64,000 bases of DNA from positions 10,748,703-10,812,702 of the forward strand of contig CM119263.1 in the NCBI GenBank assembly GCA_051294375.1, read 5' to 3'. This document shows positions 1 to 24,381 of the stretch, one piece after another. Source of the stretch: Paraspadella gotoi. Lineage: Eukaryota; Animalia; Chaetognatha. The position numbers and the translations under genes were made by a program. Each line of letters starts with the position of its first letter. Position 1 is the stretch's first letter. The notes under the pieces were generated by a model that made no database searches, was not told the origin of the DNA, and was given only the letters and a program-made list of their open reading frames with translations.

Positions 1-393
1 AGCAAAGAGGGAGGATTTTTGACTTAGTTTCTGTTTGGTTTGAAGAAAAAAAAAAGGTAAGAAAATAGAAGAGACTCGAATGTGAGGGAATCGGCGCTAC
101 AATATTGGCGGTGACGGGTGATGTTAAGATGCTACGGGTGAGTTATGGTTGGGGTCATCGGGGGTAAAATGTTAGCCTAATAACGCTAGATGCTATTCTT
201 TAGGATAAACGGACGTTTGGATTCTAACGCGGTTCGCACGCAGTTCACACGCGGATCTCACGCTGCGTATCTCGCCCATTGCACGCACAAACAAATATCC
301 AAAACCCAGTTCGTGCTCAGAGTGAAGAGAGAAATTTGAAACAAAAATAGAGAATCGACCAGAATAAATAGAAACGTAAATACGAGAAGGAGT

Positions 394-494
<101 letters not shown>

Positions 495-785
495 ATGTCA
501 AAAAGCTGTGATGTCTCTTCGTCGGTGAGAGGGAGGAGAAGATCATGATACCCTGTCCCCCTGGCGAGATTATTCTTCTCCCTTTTCTTCTCATCTTTAT
601 TTCATTTTCGAGGGTAAAGTTGCAAAAAACAAATTGTGGGGAAAAACGTCGACCTTACCATCGCTGTCGTCGAAATTATCGTCGTCGTCTTCGTCGCCGT
701 ACTCGGAACCATCTTCGTTTTATCTGCGCATGTGTGAAGAAACTTAATCGTGGATCCGAACTTTTAAAATTTCCTTTGACGAAAA

Positions 786-824
<39 letters not shown>

Positions 825-1164
825 ACACTCGTTACTTTTCAAGAAACCTTTTTTTGTTCTGGGTCTTCATTCTGGAAAAAGTTGACTGGCTTCGCGAGTG
901 AGGCGAGGTGATGGAAGGATCCAAGGTGAGGCGCGAGTAAACATGAGAGGAAAGTTAAAACTCGCCCAGAGACACGCTGTCTAGTTGGTACGAGGCGGGG
1001 AAGGCGGGAGGGAGGTGGCGGTGGTAGAGGGGGGTTGGTAAAGGTTTGAGGGGGCGGAGTGTAAAAATGAGAGAATCTTTTTTTTTCGCTGTCTTCGTTT
1101 AATCGTTTTCAAAAGTGTCGAATTTCATGAAATTTTAAGTATTTTCAGAAATAATTAAATCTCC

Positions 1165-1237
<73 letters not shown>

Positions 1238-2184
1238 TGATCAATGATTGACATTCTTCCATGTCACACGCGAAGTCTAAACAAAAGGGAATCGAAATTA
1301 AAGTTAATCCGCAAAATCTCTTTTAATCGACTCCTTTGCGTGCGAGAGAAAGCAGCTAGGGTGAGGCGTTGGGGCGTTGGGTCATGGGGTCATGGGGAAA
1401 AGGGGGAGTAAAAAGAAAAGAGGGAGGAGATGGGAAAAGAGTCACGAGATGAGTGAAAGAGAAAAATGAAAAAAGTCTTTTTTTTTTTAAATTGATCAGA
1501 TCCAGGATCCCGTGATCCCCATTTGCCCCAAAATCATACGACAAACGCTCGCCCAGACCCTTTTTCAAAAATGGAGAAAGATGTAACTTACCTATTTGCA
1601 CTTTTCAGCTTTGCAAACGCCCGGGGTTAAATTTAAAAATAAAAAAAAATAAAAATCTCAAAGAATGGATAAAAAAATTTAAAAAAAAAAGAGGAAAAAA
1701 TTTTTACGATTTTCTGGTGGAATTTTGTAGGCTGGTATTTTACGGTGAGAGGCAAATAAGGATTGTGTTTGATATTTCACTAACTCACCTCGAAACTTGT
1801 GCCTCTCGAATGATTTCTAAACTTTTTCCAATTTCGCGCCCGCCCTTTTTATAACAACCACGAGAATTCCCCCGTATTTTTTTCCCCTCAGTATCGTTTT
1901 TGCTCTTTCAACTTTTTTTTTAATCACCTTCTGTCCCGTCGGTGAAAAGACGCCCTCTTTTTGCGTCAATTGATTTTGGAATTCGATTCTCTTTTAAATT
2001 TTAACTTTCGCTAAGATTTTAACTTAGAAACTTATTCACATCAATCAAATTAAAAATTACCGAGTTATGAAAAATACTATAATATTTATTGTTTTGTCAT
2101 TTAAAATTTACAGACTTTTGACATTAACGTTTATAATCATTCATAATCCACTGAAAATGACAGAAAAATATATATATGTCATAT

Positions 2185-2297
2185 ATGTCATTATCTTGTA
2201 AGAGTGATGGAGGCCTTAAACCACCAAAGCCTGTCCAAAGTCAGGGGCAAGATAGCTTTTTTATTAAATGAATGGATAATTTTTATATTGGTTGCAC
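2185..2297 (+). repeat. Dispersed ~110-bp repeat, copy 1 of 3
   Basis: ATGTCATTATCTTGTAAGAGTGATGGAGG...CCAAAGTCAGGGGCAAGATAGC...GGTTGCAC recurs at 38726-38834 (+) and 11037-11142 (-). Confidence 0.85.
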
Positions 2298-3677
2298 TGC
2301 ACTCCATTATGAATATAAATTTGTTTTGCATTTTTACTGTTATATATACGTATATATATTTATATAAATATAAAAAGAAAAATAAAAAGTCCATGTCACG
2401 TCGGCGATCACTACCGCCATCTCCATTAAGGGAATGTTTGTTCGAATCTTTCAACTCTTGACTCTCTCTCTCTCTCTCTTTCTTTCCACTTCTCTTTACT
2501 CTCATTTGCATATTTGCGTATATCTTCTCGCCAACCAGGTGTATTTAAAATGTAGATCTTCTGAGTCTTTGACGATGTTGACCCGCGCCGTCGGTGGCGG
2601 GAATGAATCTGCGAAGAAACCCGAGCCTTTTCCAAGTAAGGGATTTCTTTTGGGTTGGGGAGGGCGAAGGGCGAGGTTTGATGGATTCCGTTTTGAAGAG
2701 TAAATTGCAAATTGGAAACTGTATTGATTTGCAAGGTTAGATTTTTTTTTTTTTTTTATCGAAGGCTGAAATTAGACCGGATTTTTTTCGTCAAAAACAT
2801 GTACGAAAGTGATTATTATTAATTCTTTTGTGATTATTTGATATTTTAGTAACGATATATATTAGAAAGTCTGATAAACACTTACAGAGGACGTGTCGGG
2901 TAGTGTCGCAGCGTATATCACGAGCACATTGCCAACCGCGTCTGGTAGATTTTCTCCCACCGACGAAGCTGAAAAACATGGAAATAGGCCAACAAACAGG
3001 CGGTTAAAAATAAAAAAGCCGTTTAAAAAAGCAGTTTATGTACTAATTGAAAATGAGATTGATGAACTCTACCTCTTTTTTCAATTAAATCGAAAGTTCA
3101 TCTCTCATGATTTACTTGACGACACCATAACCCGGGAAAAAGATACTTTGGGTTGTTCCCACCCTGGTAAGTTCAATGAAAAGCAACAATTGCTTTCCAA
3201 CCTACGTAGAAATAGGCATACTTCAAAAAGTAATACTTTTTGGGTAATACTTGTCCCGCGTCATTAAATTAGTGTCAAATCATCGCTCATTGAACGACAC
3301 TTAACGGATTTTCCAGTTATTATTCGACGCGCGGAATAATGCCTCCCTGACAACGGGGCCCTCGATCACAAATTTCTTTTAAAGAGAATCGTAAAGAAAA
3401 AGGGAAAGGAGTAAGGGTGGGTAAGTTCTGGATCGAGGGTAGGGGCCTCGGGGATTTATCGCCGCGACTCGCAAAATAAACACCATCTCGGTTTGACGTC
3501 GTCCCAAATGTTGGGGTCAAGAGTTTCTCAGCCGCCTTAAGCCGCCTTTCTGATTCTGAGGCTTTATGTTCATTAGTCAGCGAATCTCGTGGAATGGCGA
3601 GATGTGGTGGTCAAATAAAGAAAATAATTAGTTGGCTCGGTTCTTAAAGTCTTCTCTGTTTTTGCTTTGAATATTTA

Positions 3678-3680
<3 letters not shown>

Positions 3681-3751
<71 letters not shown>
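3681..3751. repeat. (TAT)n microsatellite
   Basis: Trinucleotide run read directly. Confidence 0.95.
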
Positions 3752-3754
<3 letters not shown>

Positions 3755-4966
3755 AATATTATTATTATTTATTTATTTATACTACTATTTTTTTTAACAT
3801 TCTTCGTTAAACAAGGTCTACATTTCCTTACATCTAGTTTTTTCCCCCTTTTTTTCGCGAGAATATCTCGACCAAATGCAGATTTTGGTTTTAATGAGGG
3901 TTTGAGAAAAGTCTGAAGGAGGGACGGACGGACGGACGGACGGACGGATCGACATCAAAATCTGTCAATTCATCGATTTTTTCCCCTTTTGTTCGACTTT
4001 CGCGAAAATGCCGCCGAATCACTCCCGAAGTGGATGAAGTTCCCTTTCTCTTTCACGATTAAGTCGACTTCACTCGTCAGTGTCGTCGTCGTCGTCGCCA
4101 TCATCGTCGTCGTCGTTTTTGCCGCCATAAATCCTGATTCGCTCTCAATTCTGAGGTAGATTAGAACGATTTTTTAATGTCGCATCTTTCAGTTTAAACA
4201 CGATTTGTTCACCTTTCTGCATATATATGCGTTTAATTAAATGAAATCGGTGAGAGACAAAGTACATGTCGTAATTCGCTTTACACGAAAATCCACCAGG
4301 ATATTTTAAGGTCTTTTTGGAATAATACTTAATTTATCAATATGAAAACTAGAAAGCCTAGAAATTTTTCACTTCCGGAATCACTGAACAAAAAGATAAG
4401 ACAGAAGGATATAATGAATAAAAATAAATTTGTAAATTAGCTAAACATTCTTTCTAAAACTCAGAATTGAGTTTTCTGAGACAGACTTTTAATTCGGTCG
4501 TTGCAAGTTAGTTTGTGCACTAAAAATAGAAATATTAACTGAAAAAAACGAGCAAATATATTTCAGTATTTATTAGTTCCGAGAACTTTCAAAATTCCCA
4601 TGAACTTTCTTCAAAAATTACGAGTCGAGGAAAAGCCAAAATAACCATAAAAAGCAGAAAGAGGATTAAAAGAGGAAAAGAGGTCATGTGCAAATACGAA
4701 ATCTTTTCCCAGAGATTTTTCAGGCTTTCATTTCCACTTCCATAGGGAGAAGGAGAGGGACAGTAAGAGGAAGGGAAAGAGGTAGAAGCGCCGATCGAGA
4801 AAAGACGGCGACTACGACGACGAAGACGACGACGACGATCGACGGTTGACTCGCGATCAGACCGTACTCATGCCATCGAGGAAACAACTTTTCCTTTCGA
4901 CGTTCATTCATTTTTTTTTTTTGTCCTTTCGCTCTTTTTTGCCCAAACGAAGGAAACGAAGCGCGG

Positions 4967-5000
4967 TATAAAAAGGGGGTGGTTTCGATCCGGGGACATT
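4967..5000 (+). promoter_or_regulatory. Probable core promoter of tailless (TATA box plus Inr-like site)
   Basis: TATAAAAAGG at 4967 in GC-rich context, with GACATTT about 30 nt downstream. It lies about 340 nt upstream of the exon-1 ATG. Confidence 0.55.
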
Positions 5001-5304
5001 TCCGAAAATTTGCCGCCACGCGATTGACGCCGAAGAGAAGAAAAAAAACAACTCCAGAGACGCACCTGGGCAATTTTTTCTTTTGGAGTGACTCTCTTTA
5101 TCTTGTTCTCACTCGCTCTCTCTTTCTCTCTCTCTCGATTCCGTAAAGTAGACGCATCAATCATCGTCCCTCAACGTCGACGATTCGCCATCGACAGACT
5201 CACAAAAAATTACAATCGGAAGACAATTTTAAACTTTAAGAAAAAGATAAAAAAATCGAAGCGAAAATAATTAATCGAAGAAAAGAAAAAAAGAGAAAAG
5301 GAAA

Positions 5305-16584
<11,280 letters not shown>

Positions 16585-17262
16585 CGAGAGAGGTCGCTAT
16601 AATTTTGTTTTGTTTCTTTTTTATTTTGTTTTGTTTCATTTTACTTTTTTTTTTTTAAATGTAATATGTAAGTTGGCTAATTAACGAAACCGACGAAGTA
16701 TCGTCGTGACGCTACACTTTTCCGTGCTACCATGGCCTCAAATCAACTTTCGTTTTGTTATTATGCTACTGGGTTTTTCAATGTGAATGTTTCTCTTTTT
16801 TTTTCGTATTTTCTCCCGCATTGCGCTGAAGATGCCGTTAAACAATCTTGTACAAGACCAGCTATCGTTGAGTCAACACGCCTCGTCACATTTAATTTTA
16901 ATGGCGCATCTTCATCATGCTGCGACATCATCCCACCTTGAATTCCAAAGATTTTATTCGTTTAAATTTGTTATTGATTATTTTATCGTTTAACCCGATC
17001 GTGCCTTGATTGAAAAAAAAAAATCCGAAGGGAATTTTAGTTAATGCGTTTTTAACACATTCGTACTTAATGGGCCGAATTTCATTACAGTAATATCAAT
17101 TACCAATTTTTTTTTGCTAGAGTAATTATCGTGTATTTAGAATTGAAGAATCCCTTCCGATTCAATTGCTAGTAGTAGATATTAATCGAGAATACGTTTT
17201 ACATTTCATTGTTCGTTAGATTTTATTTTAGAATACTACAATTTCGCAGCGTCTTTTTATTG

Positions 17263-17268
17263 AATAAA
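17263..17268 (+). terminator. Candidate polyadenylation signal of tll
   Basis: AATAAA about 680 nt after the stop codon, with a T-rich tract about 25 nt downstream. Confidence 0.5.
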
Positions 17269-18887
17269 CATTAATTCAGTAAATACGACCCTTTTTATTT
17301 TGTCCGCCAGTAATTAAAAATCGATTCAAACTTGTCAGAAATGATTCTTGCGAATATAATTGTCAAAATAAGAGGTCAGTCGGCGGTTAAGCACACTTTA
17401 ACCTCTCAAATTATCTCGTGAAAACTTTAAACGTTGCGATTTAAAAAAAAAAACTATGCGCCGGAATCTTTTTAATGAGGGGGGGAACAAAAGAAGAAAG
17501 ATAAAGAAGATGCCACCAAGTGTTAAGTTACGCTCTAATTTGAAGACGATTTCTCTCTCCTTTATTTTGATAAAAGCTGAAGGAATTTTTCGCGGGCAAA
17601 GACGAAAATTCGAAGTGGAACAAAACCCACGAGGGTGGGATTACAGTCAACGAGAGCGAGAGTAGGGGGCGAGGGTTGGGGTGGTCGGGTGGGGGGTAAG
17701 AAATGGGGGGGGCGCTTCTATTGCCTCTTGATTGGCGCAATAGCTTAATCTTAAATGTGTCTTTAAAGAGGAGAGAAAAAAAAAAGAAGAGCTTTTAAAT
17801 GCTGGCTAACCTTATTAAAAAAAAATAGAATAAATAAAACTAGCAATTAATCGGCCAGCGATTTCCTAAGCCTTCCTTATTATTCCTCACCCGTCCTTAA
17901 TTTTGGCCTCACCTTTCCTGGTCTTTGCCTTCGATCCTCACCCGGTTTTGACTTTTTCACAAACGAATCATCGAGAAGTCGAGAAAGTCTCAGGAATGTC
18001 GAGGCTCGCAGCCCCACCGCAGGCGGAGGAGGGAAAGTGAAGCCATCATCATCATCATCATCATCGTTCATCATCTGCGTCTCCATCTGTATCATCAGTA
18101 TTATTTGGATGTTTTTAATTTAAGCACTAAATCCTCATCTACGTTGTCATTGTCTTACTATCGTAATTAATGTTGCTCAGGCCGGAAAACAGGAGCCAGT
18201 CACCCAGGGCCAAGCCTTTTAATGTTTATAAATAACCTTAATCCCATAACAAATTATCCCCTCCACCCAATTCTGTTCAGACTTTTAGATATTTTGATTT
18301 TTCTGGTCTCATTGGAAAACTATGGCAGAGAGTAACTTTTAACGTTGTGTTGTATAGTTGCTCCATCTATTTCCAGAAGACAACGCTAAATATAACATCC
18401 CTCTCCCCATTATATCATAAAATAATATAACAAATATGAGAAATAATATAAAAGAATTAATATTTAACTCTAATAAAACTAATCTAACGTTCATTTTATA
18501 ATTTCGTTTAAATTCGTGACAAATTACAGAGTTATTTTATTTTATAACAACGATATTTAAAATATAATAACTATGTACTTTGTCACGAATTTCCAAAACA
18601 ACGAAAAAGAAAGGAAAATACCTCGATAATTTCGGCTAATATAGTAAAACAAGTAATCTTGCATTTTTTTTATATATATTATACATTGTACATTATATTG
18701 TATATTATACTATATCAGAAGTATAAAAAAATATTATTAGAGAATTTCAAATCCTATCGACCAAGCGAAGTATCAAGAAGTCTATACATTTATTTACATA
18801 TTTGATGTTAAGCTTAAAAATATTTTTCTAATTAAAATCTTTTAATGACCTTAGTTAATCATTCAACTTTTATCCCTNNNNNNNNNN

Positions 18888-19128
18888 TAACAAATATGAG
18901 AAATAATATAAAAGAATTAATATTTAACTCTAATAAAACTAATCTAACGTTCATTTTATAATTTCGTTTAAATTCGTGACAAATTACAGAGTTATTTTAT
19001 TTTATAACAACGATATTTAAAATATAATAACTATGTACTTTGTCACGAATTTCCAAAACAACGAAAAAGAAAGGAAAATACCTCGATAATTTCGGCTAAT
19101 ATAGTAAAACAAGTAATCTTGCATTTTT
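18888..19128 (+). repeat. Direct duplicate of about 18428-18668 immediately after a 10-N gap
   Basis: Near-identical ~240-bp block restarting after gap 18878-18887. Confidence 0.92.
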
Positions 19129-19486
19129 TGATCGCATCGTTTCCCTTCGCAACATAAAGGGAAAAAAAATAACGATCTTTTTAATGGACATTGGACATAC
19201 GACTCTTTGTCCCTGTCATTTTAAAATTTCGACTTCATCCCTTTTCGTTGATATCTTTTATTTTTTCGAAGGTGGTTTCTCGGAGGAAGGGTTTTTTTTA
19301 AGGGGGGGAGTTGTGGTGGAGAAGGAGAAGAATGGTTGCCCCTTTAACATTGACACCTGGTTGGCGATGGCGTTGGAAAGATTCCATGAAAAAATCGCCG
19401 AGAAAAAGAAATTTTTGGAGGAGAATAAAATTTTTTCGGTGTAAAGATAAATTTGTTTATGCCTTAGCTCTCTCCCTCTCTCTTTC

Positions 19487-19579
<93 letters not shown>

Positions 19580-19904
19580 TCTCGCCTCCACACAAAAACA
19601 ACCTTTTCCTCACTGTCTTAATCTCTTGAAAATTTAACCTTCGGACCGCCTTTCCTCTCCCCCCTCTTCTTGGAAGGCGGGAGGGGGGAACGAAGGGGGT
19701 AGATGAAAGCGGGTAGGATGCAGGGGGGGGGTGAAGTAGAGATGGAGAAAGGCTCTCCCTTCGTTTCTCTTCCGAAATGTCACCCGATTCGAATCAAACA
19801 ATCAAAGCATTCGCGTTCCTTGGAATTGTTTTTCTTTTTTTTTTTTGCAAGAGTTTTTTTGTAATTTTTTTTACAAAAGGCAAAATAAAAACTCTTTAAT
19901 TTGA

Positions 19905-22900
19905 AGGGATAAAAGTTGAATGATTAACTAAGGTCATTAAAAGATTTTAATTAGAAAATATTTTTAAGCTTAACATCAAATATGTAAATAAATGTATTAT
20001 AGACTTCTTGATACTTCGCTTGGTCGATAGGATTTGAAATTCTCTAATAATATTTTTTTATACTTCTGATATAGTATAATATACAATATAATGTACAATG
20101 TATAATATATATAAAAAAAATGCAAGATTACTTGTTTTACTATATTAGCCGAAATTATCGAGGTATTCCTTTCTTTTTCGTTGTTTTGGAAATTCGTGAC
20201 AAAGTACATAGTTATTATATTTTAAATATCGTTGTTATAAAATAAAATAACTCTGTAATTTGTCACGAATTTAAACAATTATTAAAATGAACGTTAGATT
20301 AGTTTTATTAGAGTTAAATATTAATTCTTTTATATTTTTTCTCATATTTGTTATATTATTTTATGATATAATGGGGGAGAGGATGTTATATTTAGCGTTG
20401 TCTTCTGGAAATAGATGGAGCAACTATACAACACAACGTTAAAAGTTACTCTCTGCCATAGTTTTCCAATGAGACCAGAAAAATCAAAATATCTAAAAGT
20501 CTGAACAGAATTGGGTGGAGGGGATAATTTGTTATGGATTAAGGTTATTTATAAACATTAAAAGGCTTGGCCCTGGGTGACTGGCTCCTGTTTTCCGGCC
20601 TGAGCAACATTAATTACGATAGTAAGACAATGACAACGTAGATGAGGATTTAGTGCTTAAATTAAAAACATCCAAATAATACTGATGATACAGATGGAGA
20701 CGCAGATGATGAACGATGATGATGATGATGATGATGGCTTCACTTTCCCTCCTCCGCCTGCGGTGGGGCTGCGAGCCTCGACATTCCTGAGACTTTCTCG
20801 ACTTCTCGATGATTCGTTTGTGGAAAAAGTCAAAACCGGGTGAGGATCGAAGGCAAAGACCAGAAAGGTGAGGCCAAATTAAGGACGGGTGAGGAATAAT
20901 AAGGAAGGCTTAGGAAATCGCTGGCCGATTAAATGCTAGTTTTATTTATTCTATTTTTTTTAATAAGGTTAGCAGCATTTAAAAGCTCTTCTTTTTTTTT
21001 TCTCTCCTCTTTAAAGACACATTTAAGATTAAGCTATTGCGCCAATCAAGAGGCAATAGAAGCGCCCCCCCATTTCTTACCCCCCACCGACCACCCCAAC
21101 CCTCGCCCCCTACTCTCGCTCTCGTTGACTGTAATCCCACCCTCGTGGGTTTTGTTCCACTTCGAAAATTTTCGTCTTTGCCCGCCGAAAATTCCTTCAG
21201 CTTTTTATCAAATAAAGGAGAGAAAAATCGTCTTCAAATTAGAGCGTAACTTAACACTTGGTGCATCTTCTTTATCTTTCTTCTTTTGTTCCCCCCCTCA
21301 TTATAAAAGATTCCGGCGCATAGTTTTTTTTTTAAATCGCAACGTTTAAAGTTTCACGAGATAATTTGAGAGGTTAAAGTGTGCTTAACGCCGACTGACC
21401 TCTTATTTTGACAATTATATTTGCCAGAATCATTTCTGACAAGTTTGAATCGATTTTTAATTACTGGCGGACAAAATAAAAAGGCGTCGTATTTACTGAA
21501 TTAATGTTTATTCAATAAAAAGACGCTGCGAAATTGTAGTATTTCTAAAATAAAATCTAACGAACAATGAAATGTAAAACGTATTCTCGATAATATCTAC
21601 TACTAGCAATTGAATCGGAAGGATTCTTCAATTCTAAATACACGATAATTACTCTAGCAAAAAAAATGGTAATTGAAATTACTGTAATGAAATTCGGCCA
21701 TTAAGTACGAATGTGTTAAAAACGCATTAACTAAAATTCCCTTCGGATTTTTTTTTTCAATCAAGGCACGATCGGGTTAAACGATAAAATAATCAATAAC
21801 AAATTTAATAAAACTCGAAAAATAGCATATCTTTGGAATTCAAGGTGGGATGAGTCGCAGCATGATGAAGATGCGCCATTAAATTAAATGTGACGAGGCG
21901 TGTTGACTCAACGATAGCTGGTCTTGTAACAAGATTGTTTAACGGCATCTCAGCGCAATGCGGGGAGAAATAATACGAAAAAAAAAGAGAAACATTCACA
22001 TTGAAAAACCCAAGTAGCATTAATAACAAAACGAAAGTTGATTTGAGGCCATGGTAGCACGGAAAAGTGAAGCGGCACGACGATACTTCGTCGGTTCGTA
22101 ATTAGCCAACTTACATATTACATTTAAAAAAAAAAAGTAAAATGAAACAAAACAAACCAAAATTAAAGCGACCTCTCTCTCAAAAATCGCTGGATTTGTA
22201 CATGTCGCACAAAAGACGCTGTATGGGATGGAACCGATGTTTTGCCGGAAGAAGACTTCCTCGATGCTGCAGCTGCCGATGCTGCGGAGCGATGGCAGTA
22301 GCAGCAGCAGCTTGCCGAAACGAAAAGGCTGCGTCGGATAGGTGGCGCAGATGTTATTTGTTGAGGATGAGTTGCGCCTGATCCTGAAGGGAGGAGACGG
22401 AGGCGACGTCGCGGAGTTCTGGAGCGTCGGCGATTCGGCGAAGACTGTAATTAAGATTGATTGATTTGTTTCACTTGTTATATATGGATTGGAAATGGGA
22501 TTCATAAACTTATCGGATTGAAGGAATAGTATGAAAATTGCAAATTACTTGTTTCATTTTATCGATTGATTATTATTTATTGATTATTATTTATTGATTG
22601 ATCCATCGAGTTGATTTGTTGATTTATAATTCAATGCATTAATTTTTTGGAGTACATTATTTGGATCAATTCATCCATGCCATCGCGTTGTGACTAAAAA
22701 AAAACCTCCGTAAACAACCCAATTCAAACTCACCAGTCTTGAGAGCACGACGCCCTTGAGGCAGGCGTACTCGGTAGGGTCGACGGCCAACGCCTGGAAC
22801 TTGGCGATGACGTCCTGAAGGCGCGATCTCCGCCGTCAACGAGGCCTTTGTCGCGGGGCACGCAGTCGCCGTGAGCCCTGGGAATGTTGGAGGATTAGAA

Positions 22901-24381
22901 AGTTGGCGTCCGCAAATCAGAATTATTAAAACGACTAAAAATTGGCGGTATGATAACTCAGATGGTCTGTTGACTTCTAGGAAGTCATATTGAGATATCT
23001 TCAATGTAGGGTTAACAATTGTCGATTTACTAAATTTCCTCAGTGTTCTTTTTTTCTAGTCACCTATGATTAGGTGAGTACCCAGTGAAATTGCGGAAAA
23101 TTTTAGTTCCAATCTTGTGAGTTTTGTTCTAAATGAGTAGTATTTTTTCAAATTGGTATCCGAATAACATGCTCCTGGTTTAAAGGATTGTAGCGAGGGA
23201 TCGCACAAGATAGCAGACTGGAACCTTTACATTGCAAAATTAGGCGAAACAATCAAACATTTTAGGTACTTAGAGTGAGCCCGACGATTCAGGCAGTGTC
23301 GATGCGAGGAAGCATACCATGAGTTACCCATGTTTTTTTTGTCTTTAAATGTTTCCTTTCTATGTACATTTATATAATGTAAGACTTGAAAAAAAAGTTC
23401 GCTAACATTCGATAAAAAATACTGAGTAATATTGTAATTGTACACATTGTAATATTGATATATGATTTTGATTTTGATTTGACATGTAACAAACTTAAAT
23501 CAATCTGTATTACAGAACAACCAACAACGCATGACAACAACGACTTCTTCTCACCTGCAGCCTGCAACAGCGCCGACGCCTCCAGCGGGATTTGAACTGC
23601 TGCCCGCGCCTATCGGCGCTGCGTACAAAGTCGACGAAGCTAAATTTCCCTCCGAGGATTCCGTCCCATAACAGCAGGGTTGACAGTGTGGTCGAGCCGA
23701 GAAGGGCAGGGCGACTGTAAGGCGGTAGCACGTTCTTCGCCCACTTAGACCACATAAGAGGCTGCGGGCGCAGACGAGCTTCGCAGACCGTCTCGGAGGT
23801 TGTGTAGTAGATGAGTGAGAGGACGCTCGTGGGGTAGTGGTGGGGGGGGTGGTTAAGATGTAAAAATGGAAATTTATTACACAACATATTCTAGTTGATC
23901 CTTGATTCGTAACCCACTTCATTCGGAAATTATTTAAATTAATTAATCGATTAATCATTTTTTAATTACCTTGGTAAAGGTCTTGAACGAGTCCCTCCCT
24001 GCTCGCATATAATACGGCGCGCTCGTTCCGCATGCGACGATGTTGAACGTCGCTGCGGCACAACGAAGATGATTTCCGAACCGGACAGTGGAACCCGGAG
24101 AAAGGAAGAATCCGGGGAGCCGGCCCGGCGACACGGCTGGGAGAACCGCGGCGCCGGGTAGGCTGAGGAATCGTCAGAGGACATGCGGAGCCGTCGGCGG
24201 TGGCAGCGGAGGCGTGGAGTCTTCTCATTGCTTGCGCTGGTTTTCGCCCCGACGCCACCGCGCTGCAGAGAGAGATCCCGCGCGAGCGTCGCGGAGGAAA
24301 GGGCGAGGCGGAGGAAGAGGAGGACGGAGAGACGAGAGGCGAGGAAGGACGGAAAGTGAAGAGGACGAAGTGGACAGGACG
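19905..24381 (-). repeat. Inverted copy of about 14854-18877 (fold-back duplication 2, likely artefact or second haplotype)
   Basis: Collinear reverse-complement match, near perfect at 19.9-21.8 kb and increasingly noisy toward the 25-N gap 24410-24434. It carries 392 extra bp at about 22971-23362. Confidence 0.93.
22180..24381 (-). pseudogene. Frameshifted partial copy of tailless (3' part of exon 4 to exon 7) inside the inverted duplication
   Basis: Translated fragments such as [34 protein letters not shown] and ETVCEA...KWAKNV carry many frameshifts, and the DBD exons are absent. More likely read error than a true pseudogene. Confidence 0.4.

Noticed and set aside
545-5270. Short ORFs upstream of tll
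   Set aside because: They derive from low-complexity or microsatellite sequence, with no domains or coherent splice structure; likely regulatory or 5'UTR DNA.
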